A stretch of 63,345 nucleotides of DNA, counting the filler, from Collodictyon triciliatum (Eukaryota): the NCBI GenBank assembly GCA_043381765.1. It is 11 parts of 11 records of this genome, joined end to end, with 100 filler letters (N's around TTAATTAATTAA, not from the genome) between each part and the next. Parts side by side here need not be neighbours in the genome. Positions count along the whole stretch, not along the records: positions 49,970 to 56,110 come from JBHJMP010004681.1; positions 56,211 to 61,889 come from JBHJMP010004682.1; positions 61,990 to 63,345 come from JBHJMP010004759.1; 8 more parts are not named here. One strand, written 5' to 3'. The translations under genes and the position numbers were made by a program. Every line of letters starts with the position of its first letter. Position 1 is the stretch's first letter. Below are positions 53,101 to 63,345 of this stretch, in pieces. A model generated the notes under the pieces. That model did not search any database, was not told where the DNA came from, and saw only the letters and a list, made by a program, of their open reading frames with translations.

Positions 53101-55285
53101 AAATCATTGATGGGTTGCTTCTCGTAATATGTTAATCCACCAAACATGGCAATTCGTTTTTTGTCAAGGACTGCTAAATGAGAAAAACTTCTACCAATAG
53201 GGTATCGGGAGAGACTGCTATCGGTCCAGTTTTTTATATCTTCACAAAAGTTTTCCGTTAATAAAAGATAACAACAACATTCATTCATGCGATGAAAGGT
53301 TATTATGGATGTTATTTTGATTTCTGCGCGGTTGATCTATACCTGTATCGAAAACCCAAAAGTCATTAAGTCTTGCATGGATATTACCTCCAAAAAGGTA
53401 TAGTTTATGTCCCACTGAGGCCATGGCCGAGTAATATCTCCTTGGAGGAGTTTTTATCGGGTATGTACTGGTATAGTTTGCATCGGGAGACTCGATAACA
53501 TTCATAGATATGTTTTTTTCTACATGATTATGAATTACTGGCGGGACACGTGTCTTCTACTGAACCATTTATAGTGATAGATAATTACTTACGAATATCT
53601 ATGATATTTAGGTCTCCGATTGACTTGAAGAATCCTATATAGTGAACTCCTCCAAAAACGTAAAACTTATCTCCCAAAACCACAGCTGAACCATACACAA
53701 TACCTTTTTTCTCGTCGAATGAGTGAGGTACACCCCACATCTCAGTTGCTGTATAAAAAGGAATTAAATAGGAAAGTGCAATTACATTAATAACAAGTCA
53801 AAAGAAAGGTCCATACTCAAGTTGTAAGTCCAAAATCCTGGAGTGAAGTAGTAATTTGTGTCACATCCGCTGTATATTACGAGTGAGTCCTTATATAAAC
53901 CCATTTGACTATACATCAAATTTGGGACATTCTTGGTATTTTCAGCCTTAGCTCTGATTTTCTTCCATTTTCTTGAATCTATTTTTAACGTGAAGCCAGA
54001 CATAGGGAATTTATGGATGCATAAAAATGAATGGCATTTCCTTGAATGAATATTTCGATTTAGATTTAAACAATACTGAAATCAAACACCCAGAATGCAG
54101 ACTCCATGTAACCATTATTTCCTCCGAAAACATAAATCTTGTTCTGATAAATACTACAGCTCATGGTATTCATCGGATCTGGTACATTGGTCGACTCATA
54201 ATCAATTATTTTCCATGAGAATGATGTCAAATTAAGTGAGTAAAGGTCATTGAAATCAACAAGTCCAGCCCACGAACGACCACCAAAGACATACACCTGT
54301 TAGACAAATGACGATACTAAAACGTTAGATGTATCTATTTGATTAATATCTCTCTTGGAAAAGCCTTAGGAGGGACAGAGGATTTATCAGACCCAAAAAG
54401 TAGAAAAATAAATAAAAAAATTATGTTCAGAAGGTTAAAAACAATAATAAAAATAAGAATATTTTGCAACATCGCCACGAAAATGACCTCATTCCCTGCT
54501 CTCGACGCACAATAAAAGCTTCTTCTCTCAGGAATGTCTCCGGTGGTATGATTGAAACTCCAGAGAGAGCTTGCTACAAAAATTTAATATCACAAACCAA
54601 GTAATCAATAAAGATAATTTTATTGAGATATGAGACAGCCGGGAAAAATGTTTTATTGTCATAAAACCATATTTAAAATGAATTGTTTTGAGTAAGATTA
54701 TAATTCTAAGATATCTGGGGATACTTGAGTTAAAAATCCAAATTGGATCCATCATCGGTCTTCGCGATTGATATTCTTGATTCGTTCTTTTTTCATGGAT
54801 TAAGGCACTTAGGTAGAGCGAAATGAACGAGACTGTGTTTAGATATTCACACATGTAATATAAGAAAATACCCGTCACCAAGAAGGTAGATAAGGGTTCC
54901 GTCCGACACAACCGAAGCACCATAAAAAGAGACCGGTTCATCAGACGCAAAGCGCCAGTCTGCCCCATACGAATATGATGAATTAAAGATCAATTAGATT
55001 ACCAATGTTTTCAATTGAAAATACATGAAATGTTAGTTGCAACTTTGGCACTACATTTCTGTAGACAAAATGAGCTTTCCTCAAGAAAGAAAAGATGGTT
55101 AAGTTATTTGCCAAAAGTTCGTATATATATATCAATATTGTCAAAGATTGATAAAGAAAGACCAAGAGAATAAAAACAGAAGAGAGCGAAAGCTAACCTC
55201 CAACGGCCGATGTTTGGGCAGATACAGCCCCCAGATGACAGAGACAAAGCATGATCAAAACGAAAAGCATCCTGGATAGCTTCAT
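50140..55285 (-). CDS. Secreted or surface Kelch-repeat protein with a CUB-like domain and a Cys-rich segment (attractin/MEGF8-like architecture), 3' truncated
   Basis: Signal-peptide-like start MKLSRMLFVLIMLCLCHLGAVSA. Many YVFGG/LYLFGG...NDxWxxD Kelch blades. CUB-like SDGSGDFLYFPGTNCIWEI...LRFRVASD..PDQGF. C.KGF..CYC...CIACP, then more Kelch blades. Confidence 0.75.
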
Positions 55286-55990
55286 TTTGCTTTGTGAACT
55301 CACAAGGATACAAAAGGAAGGTGAATAGTGGATGTGATTACCGGTGAATAACCTCACAAAAAAAGATGTACAAAATCCCGCCAATAAGTAAGCGATGCTC
55401 CTATCTTCATTTTTTTTATTTTATTCTTTTATCCAGTGCACTGGTATTTGCATACGCAAAGAACTTGACTCCGAGAATGAACTTAATTCAACAACTTATG
55501 CACTGGTAACAGTTTTCTTCGTTACGAAACTTGATCGGCTGCATTTAAACGGCCCAACTCATGTCATTTTCTCTCTTTCAAAGTGAACCTGTCGCCGATG
55601 CAAAAGTAAACTGATCCTGTTCGCAAAAGAGGCACCAGCAGCTTGCATTGCTTATTCTGCTGTGTGGTTTGTACGCACTTCAAACAACCGGGCGCCTCTG
55701 CGGTGCGTGTCGACGTTTTGGCTGCCAAGGCAAACTGCCGAGTGGCGCTTAATGCACCGCAGATAACTTTTGGACATGACTGGCTTATTCAATTGCTTAT
55801 TGTGGAGTATGTCGTTTGTTTTTTTTTTTTTTTGTGTGTGTATTTTCCACACAAAATGCATCCGCATCTATACTCCTTTTTTTTTCCGTTTCGTGCAGGT
55901 CGAGTGGCGTCAAAAAGGAATGGGCAAACTAAAGAGCTCAAGGCACCTAAGAAATAATCAAATAATTGAACAAATGAGTCAAAAAGAAGC

Positions 55991-56110
55991 AAAGAAGTAA
56001 AGAAGTAAAGAAGTAAAGAAGTAAAGAAGTAAAGAAGTAAAGAAGTAAAGAAGTAAAGAAGTAAAGAAGTAAAGAAGTAAAGAAGTAAAGAAGTAAAGAA
56101 GTAAAGAAGT
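55991..56110. repeat. (AAAGAAGT)n
   Basis: Direct inspection. Confidence 0.95.
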
Positions 56111-56210
56111 NNNNNNNNNNNNNNNNNNNNNNNNNNNNNNNNNNNNNNNNNNNNTTAATTAATTAANNNNNNNNNNNNNNNNNNNNNNNNNNNNNNNNNN
56201 NNNNNNNNNN

Positions 56211-56700
56211 TTTTTATTCTTTCTTTTTATTCTTTCTTTTTATTCTTTCTTTTTATTCTTTCTTTTTATTCTTTCTTTTTATTCTTTCTTTTTATTCTTT
56301 CTTTTTATTCTTTAGTCTTTTATTCTTTTTATTCTTTTTATTCTTTTTATTCTTTTTATTCTTTTTATTCTTTTTTATTCTGTTTTATTCTGTTTTATTC
56401 TGTTTTATTCTGTTTTATTCTGTTTTATTCTTTTTATTCTTTTTATTCTTTTTATTCTTTTATTCTTTTATTCTTTTATTCTTTTATTCTTTTATTCTTT
56501 TATTCTTTTATTGTGGCAATATTTCATGTTTTTCCTCTGCATCGACTTTTTATTATTATTATTATGATTATTATGATGACTATGATTATTATGATTATGT
56601 TTATTATGTTTATTATGTTTATTATGTTTATTATGTTTATTATGTTTATTATGTTTATTATGTTTATTATGTTTATTATGTTTATTATGATTATTATTTT
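56211..56700. repeat. (TTTTATTC)n-type and (TTTATTATG)n simple repeats upstream of the TRIM-like gene
   Basis: Direct inspection. Confidence 0.9.
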
Positions 56701-56728
56701 GATAAATAGCCACCGTAGCAGCCAAACA

Positions 56729-59700
56729 ATGGAGAGTGAATGCAACTGCCCAGGATGTGGAAAAACTTTCGAAGATCCGCGCATTCTCCCTTGCAAACAC
56801 GTTTATTGCGTGACCTGCGTCAGAGATATGAGCAAAACACCCATCGACTTTCTAGACCAAAGCAAAGGAACGAAGTCGTGTTGCTTTCTGTGCGAAACTG
56901 GATTTACACTCCGCAATGGTGATCCGAAGTCCCTCCCTCAGTCAGAAAAGCACTTGGATATTGTGGAGACTTACAAGAAGGCGCCAACTTTCGTGACTTT
57001 CAAGTGCGATGAGCATCCTGAGAAAGAAGCAGTGAAGAGGTGTCTGAGTGGCTGTGACCATATTTGCGAAGATTGTGTTTCCGCTCATAAAACTTTAAGG
57101 CTACTGAAACCCCATAAACTTGTGTGAGTTTTATTTTATATTTATATATTCTACGCTTTTTCATAACTTTCCAGATACTTTTATTTCTTTGTTTCGAATG
57201 TCAAGATATAATATATTATTGCATCTTTTGTTTAATTTTTACTTCTGTTTACATAAATAAATAAACTCAGTGATGTGGACAAATCGAGGCCAGTTGTTTT
57301 TGATACTGCGTGCCCAGAGCATATGCAACCCTTCACAGAATTCTGCCCAAAAGAAAGCTCGGAGAATCCTTTCATGTGTGCAATGTGCATCGGCCAGCAT
57401 TTAAAACAAGTTGGAAAGTGCGAACATGGGGAATTCAGCACGGGTGCTCAGAAAATTTGTAAAGATTTAGGCGATAATAAAAAGAAGATGGACGAGCATA
57501 ACAAATCCACTGCAACCTTAGTGAACAAAATCGAAGAAAAGCAGACTGAGGTACGCGAAATTCAATCATGGACATCTACACATTTCTTGATTTCATGACT
57601 TCAGCATTTCATGATGGAACTCTTTGCATGTAAGGTTGAAAATTACATCTCGAACTTGAAGAGCAAGGCCAAAGAGGAGTTTGAAAAAATAAGAAAGGTA
57701 GTAGATGAGGAAGAGCTGCGATTTATGGAAAAGGTATGTGTTCATTTCAGCTTACTTTTATGCCAACGTAAATAATGCGATTATAAAATGACCTATCGAA
57801 TATTTCAACAGATTGACGCCTTCCACAAAAAAATCATATACCCATTTTCTACCATGGGAGGGCATCTGAAATTCTTGAAGGAGCATTTGCAACATTCAAA
57901 TAAATTTGTGGATGAATCAATTAAAGTATTTGTTGAAGGAAAATCCCCAGTTAAACTTCCTCTTGCTAAAAGAACCTCGATTTCGGTGTTGTCGAAAAAA
58001 ATCCCTACGATACCCGAAAGCTTTGCTGAATTTGCTGAAACCGTGCCATCATTCACTTTTACTGAGACAAAACCTGGAGATATACGACCTCCTGCTGCGG
58101 TGTTCACTGAGTTAATTTCATCCTCCTCTGAAGCCCCATTGAGACAGTATTCATCATGTGAGCCTGAGTTACCTTCATCAGAATCAAAATAGACCCTCAT
58201 CTAAACAAGCTCTCCAATTCAAAGCTCATTCATCGCGCCAAGCTCGACTTCATGGGCCCAAAGCTCAACCCACACAAGCAGCACGTTCACAGGTGAACTC
58301 ATTATGTAAACATGTCAGTATATAATTGCCCATAATTCCTTGAAACACAACTCCTGAATTTCAACGATGGGTTGGTGGCATAAACACTGAAGGAGGTAAC
58401 ATTTTAATTTATAAATACGTTAATGGCTGAATATTCAAAAATCAATGTTCTCTAGCTCTTTTATCTTGATATACACAATTTATGTTTTAACCAGATCCTT
58501 TTGACAACCATCAATTTTTTTCTGTTTTAAAAACCTTTCCTCTAATAACTATTTTGCATTTTTTTTAAGGGTGTAAGTTTCATTTTATCATGATGTTATA
58601 TTTACATATTGTTGAAGTCATATTACATCGATGGTGTTGATGTTTCTGTGGAATTATATCGGTGTGAGCTAAAATGGAATATATGCCTGAATATCGTGAC
58701 AAACTTGGTGAAATCATAGGTGGTAAGTTTATTATTCCTGGAAAAAGAATAATTCTATTTAATTGTTAGATAATATGATCTCTATTTTCAATTAGAGATG
58801 CATAACTATGTTTATAAGATATAAGTGTTAACCGATTCATATGAATACACTATGATGAAATATTCATATAATTTCTGTGTCTGATACGTGTATAATCATA
58901 GCAAGTAATTTTTATTCTGTTTTAAGATACGATAATTTGCTAAAAATAAACATATTCGGTTGTAAATACGAGACGCATAATTATGTATACAAGATATAAG
59001 TGCTAAATAATTCATGTGAATACATCATGATGCAATATTCATATGATTTCTGTGCCTGGTATGGTATAATCATAGAAAGTAAGTCTTTATTCTCACGAAA
59101 GATAAGATAATATGATATGATATGCATAATTATGTATACAAGAAATAAGTGTTAACCGGCACATGAGAATACACCGTGATGCAATATTCATATGGTTGCT
59201 GCGTCTGGTACATGTATAATCATAGAGAGTAAGCCTTTATTCTCACGAAAGATAAGATGATATGAGATGATAAAAATAAACATACATGTTCGTTTCTAAT
59301 TATGTGATGCATAATTATGTATATAAGAAATAAGTGTTCATTGACACATGTGAATGCACCATGATACAATATTCATATGATTGATGTGTCTGGATTGCAT
59401 AATAATAGGTTGTAAGTTGTTATTAGTCTTGAGAAATAAGATAATACGAGATAATAAATAGAACCATATTCGTTTCTAAATGTGTGATGCATAATTATGT
59501 ATATAAGAAATAAGTGTTAAGCGGCATATGTGAATACATCATAATGCAGTTTCATATGATTGATGTCTCTGACATTTATAATCATAGCTTGTAAGTTGTT
59601 ATTAATCTTAAGGGATAAGACAATACGATATGATAAAAATAAACATATTCCTTTGTAAATATGAGATGCATAAGTATGTATGCAAGAAATAAGTGTTAAC

Positions 59701-61752
59701 TGGCACATGTGAATACATTTTGATACAATATTCATATGATTGATGTGTCTGGATTGCATAATAATAGGTTGTAAGTTGTTATTAGTCTTGAGAGATAAGA
59801 TAATACGAGATAATAAATAGAACCATATTCGTTTCTAAATGTGTGACGCATAATTATGTATATAAGAAATAAGTGTTAAGAGGCATATGTGAATACATCA
59901 TAATGCAGTTTTCATATGATTTATGTGACCGACATGTATAATCATAGCTTGTGAGTTTTTATCCCTCTTGAAAGATAAGATTATATGAGATGATAAAAAT
60001 AAACATATTTGGTTGTAAACATGAGATGCTTCATTATGTATACAAGAAATAAGTGTTAACTGATTCATGTGAATATGCCATGATGTAATATTTAATAGAT
60101 TCTGTGTCTGATACGTTTGTAATCATAGCCTGTAAGTTTTATTAGTCTTGTTAGTTATATAAAATGAGATGGTGAAAATAAACATAATCCTTTGTAAATA
60201 TGAGAAGCATAATTATGTTTACAAGAAACAAGCGTTAACCAACACATGTGAATACACCATGATGTCATATTTAATAATTTTTGTCTGATTTTTGTTGATA
60301 ACCATAGGCAGTACGTTTTTTCACTCTTGAAAGACAAGATATTATGAAATGCTAAAAATAAACATATTCGGTTGTAAACATGAAATGCATAATTATGCAT
60401 ACAAGAAATAAGTGCTAAATGAAGCATGTGAATACGTCATGATGCAATATGCATGTGATTTCTGTGTCTCATTTTTCTGTAATCATAGTTTGTAAGTTTT
60501 TATTTTCTTGAAAGATAAGATAATGCAAGATGATAAAAAGGACCATAAATTCCTTTGTAAATATGGGATGCATAATTATTTATACAAGAAACATGTGATA
60601 ACTGACACATGTGAATACACTGTGATGCAGTACTCATATGATTGAGTCTGATATGTGTGTAATCATAGGACGTATGTTTTTATTTCTATTTAATCGTTAA
60701 ATTACGTGAGATGATAAAAAGGACCATACATTCCTTTGTAAATATGGGATGCATAATTATGTATACAAAATATAAGTGTTAACCAACACATGTGAATACA
60801 CTGTGATGCAGTACTCATATGATTGTTTCTGATATGTATACAATCATAGCAAGTAAATTTAATTCTCTTGGAAGACAAGATAATAAGATATAAAAATAAA
60901 CTTATTAATTTGTAAATATGTTATGTATGTTTATGTATACAAGAAATAAGTGTTGACTGACACATGTGAATACAATATGATGCAATATTCATATGATTGC
61001 TGTGTTTGGTACGTATATGATCATAGATTGTAAGTTTTTATTCACTTGAAGGTTAAGATAATATTATATGCTTAAAATATACATATTCAGTTGTAAACAT
61101 GAGATGCATAATTATGTATACAAGAAATAAGTGATAAATGATTCATGTGAATACACCATGATGCAATAATCATATGATTGAGTCTGATATGTGTATAATC
61201 ATAGAAAGTTTGCTTTCATTTGTCTTGAAAGAAATATATAATATAATATTAGATGATAAGATAAATATATTCGTTTGTAAATATTTGATGCACAACTATG
61301 TACATAAATATAAGTGTTAACTGAGACATGTGAATACACCATGATGCAATACTCACATAATTTCTGTGTCTGTTTGTGTATAATCATAGTTTGTAAGTTG
61401 TTATTCTCTAGAAGATAAGATAATATGAGATGATAAATATACCCATACATTCGTTTATAACTATGAGATGCATAATTATGTATACAAGAAACAAGTATTA
61501 ACAGACACATGTGAATGAACCATGATGCAATACTCATATGATTTCTGCATTTGGTACGTGTATAATCATAGCTTGTAAGTTTTTATTCTCTAGAAGATAA
61601 AATAATATGAAGTGATAAAAAGTTAACATATTCGTTTGCTAATATGAGATGTATAATTATGTATATAAAATATAAGTATTCACAGACACATTTGAATATA
61701 CCATTATGTAATATTCATATGATTGAGTCTGATATGTGTATAATCAAAGAGA
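56729..61752 (+). CDS. TRIM-like RING + two B-box + coiled-coil protein, predicted to continue through a chain of 3-nt micro-exons; 3' end missing
   Basis: RING (CPGC..PRILPCKHVYCVTC..CFLC), B-box-like CDEH..C..C.HICEDC..AH..H and CPEH..FC..C..C..H, then coiled-coil exons. Approximate exons 56729-57122, 57271-57550, 57635-57733, 57812-58157 and 58225-58292. The RBCC part is secure. The extension past 58157 is inferred; unspliced, the frame stops at 58192. Confidence 0.75.
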
Positions 61753-61779
61753 GTAAGTTGTTATTAGTCTTGAAAGCAA
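58723..61779 (+). repeat. Tandem array of 17 complete diverged ~180-bp units (one shortened to about 150 bp) plus a truncated one; each unit has the form of a GT...AG intron plus a 3-nt exon
   Basis: Consensus gtaagtttttattctcttgaaagataagataatatgagatgataaaaataaacatattcgtttgtaaatatgagatgcataattatgtatacaagaaataagtgttaactgacacatgtgaatacaccatgatgcaatattcatatgatttctgtgtctgatacgtgtataatcatag-NNN. Confidence 0.95.
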
Positions 61780-61889
61780 TATGTTATGTTATGTTATGTT
61801 ATGTTATGTTATGTTATGTTATGTTATGTTATGTTATGTTATGTTATGTTATGTTATGTTATGTTATGTTATGTTATGTTATGTTATGT
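61780..61889. repeat. (ATGTT)n microsatellite that truncates the 180-bp array at the contig end
   Basis: Direct inspection. Confidence 0.95.
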
Positions 61890-61989
61890 NNNNNNNNNNN
61901 NNNNNNNNNNNNNNNNNNNNNNNNNNNNNNNNNTTAATTAATTAANNNNNNNNNNNNNNNNNNNNNNNNNNNNNNNNNNNNNNNNNNNN

Positions 61990-62106
61990 CGAATCCTTGT
62001 TCTTGACAACGGGCAGGTGGCTGAGTTTGAGCAACCGGAGCGACTTTTGAGCTCGAAAAGCGGCATCTTTTTCAACCTCGCCCGGGAGGCTGGCCTTGCA
62101 AGCTAA
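61990..62106 (+). CDS. ABC transporter subfamily C (MRP-like), extreme C-terminus
   Basis: RILVLDNGQVAEFEQPERLLSSKSGIFFNLAREAGLAS*. Confidence 0.85.
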   Translation, partial: RILVLDNGQVAEFEQPERLLSSKSGIFFNLAREAGLAS

Positions 62107-62625
62107 TGATAAATTTTTCCCTCATAGTGAAAATTAATCGTCAGTATCTTGCGAATTCTAACACATAGATAGCATTAAAATGATATTAATGGACAAACAT
62201 ACTTTATTTCTCTCTAAAACCTTTCTGTTCTGTGGAAACCACTGAATGAAAATGTTACATTTCGTGTGATAATCCATAGAACACTTTTGATAGAGGAAAC
62301 TATTGATGATTTTTTGGTTCATGTCTATTCTGAAAAGAATTTTGTTATGTTTTTACTTGTTGCCTACCCACCGGCATTTTAAATATCTTATTTTCACATA
62401 AGGCGCAACCCGCTATGACGTCAGGATAATAAGTATCATTTTTTTCGGGTTGAATACAAGTTACGAAATATTTGCCCCTAATTTAGATTTTTTTTTGACG
62501 TGTCTTTATGTAGAAGTATTTCACATGGCTGTTCTTTTATTCCATTCAAAATGTAGCGAGGTTATGCCATACAAGGAGCGAAATAGGTGCGCATGGGAGA
62601 GAGCAAACGCGAGTAAGAGAAGACG

Positions 62626-63345
62626 CTACCGTGGAGGGGTTAGCACTGGAAAGAAGTCAGTGATAGCGAGTTGGTCAGGTGGGCGACCCAACTGGTTGAT
62701 TGGCTGTGTGGGCAGCAGGGGTTGGATATGCTGTGGGAGATATCTCACGACACATTCCCACATCTCTCTTCGCTTGCGGTCAGAGTAGCGAAGAATGCGG
62801 GCGTGTTTCAGCAGGATGTTCAGGAAGCTGTATTGCACGAGGCTCTCCAGCTTGGATACATTGATTTCTCGTTTGGGCGAGTCATTTGAGCGAGAGAATG
62901 CGCGCACACTCCATAAGGACCACAGCATATGTTCCTTGTGACTATCCAGAGTATTCTAGAGTCGTGGGTCATTTGGTATTGTGGGCCAAACAGGATGTCA
63001 GACGCGATGGGTAGGTTGAGGGAGAATAATCAAGATCAGAAAGCATCTTGTGGGTAGATTCTGTTACTTTTTGAGCAAGAGAGCACTTCACAAATGTGTG
63101 TTCGATAGAGTCACCTCCACCATGGCACATGGTGCATTCTGGAGAGGTCGTTGCTGCATGGACTACACGCGCACCTATTCACAGCTCTCTGTTGGAGATA
63201 TTGAGAAGTAGGGCGCGGTGTTTCGGGAGTAACTGAGGTAATCTGGCTTGCTTCCAGCTTTTGACTATCGGCGGGTCTATAATGCCTATAGTTTCGGCCC
63301 AACGACTCATCTTCTCCGGTTTGTAGGGATTCGGACTGATGATTT
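62626..63345 (-). mobile_element. Decayed non-LTR retrotransposon (L1/Tx1-like), 3' end of ORF2
   Basis: Zinc-knuckle CTMCHGGGDSIEHTFVKC followed by ILFG...WSLW..R, as at the end of L1-clade ORF2. It has an in-frame TGA and frameshifts. Confidence 0.75.

Noticed and set aside
58723-61779. CRISPR array or plain centromeric satellite (unit length about 180 bp)
   Set aside because: The unit is far too long and the variable part (3 nt) far too short for CRISPR, and there are no cas genes. A simple satellite does not explain the invariant AG-NNN-GT or the non-repeat first micro-exon, though it remains the null model until RNA data exist.
59517-61937. Short ORFs in the track overlapping the 180-bp array
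   Set aside because: They are interrupted by stops in sister units and have no conserved frame, so they are by-products of the repeat.
63175-63190. In-frame TGA in the LINE-like ORF as a sign of an alternative genetic code
   Set aside because: The element also has frameshifts, and host genes in the window end in TGA, TAA and TAG normally, so this is decay.

Overview
The window is not one locus. It is 11 short contigs (mostly about 6.15 kb) joined by an artificial 100-nt linker (N44-TTAATTAATTAA-N44), so adjacency across linkers means nothing. Most contigs come from an intron-rich microbial eukaryote and end in microsatellites. Genes recognised: TMEM181-like, ETF-QO, a CAMK-like kinase, CFAP20DC-like, a cyclic-nucleotide-binding K+ channel, a DGAT2 with a repeated membrane module, Sas10/Utp3, MON1, alpha-tubulin, an LRR-kinase, a PX sorting nexin, GPKOW, a Kelch/CUB surface protein, a TRIM-like RING/B-box gene, an ABCC tail and a decayed LINE. 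Two things stand out. (1) In 58.6-61.8 kb, directly downstream of the TRIM-like gene, a ~180-bp repeat that looks like a satellite reads as a tandem array of spliceosomal introns. Every unit boundary is AG|NNN|GT, with AG and GT invariant and the 3 nt between them variable and never a stop codon. This gives about 19 candidate single-codon micro-exons (G V Q K R V L V L P A F D Q I K F L R), a possible splice-diversification system. (2) Contig 1 (1-6151) is intronless and virus-like. It carries a Polinton-like-virus-type major capsid gene and a divergent coiled-coil ORF of at least 1373 codons that the ORF track missed. All family calls are from motif recognition by eye, with no database search.
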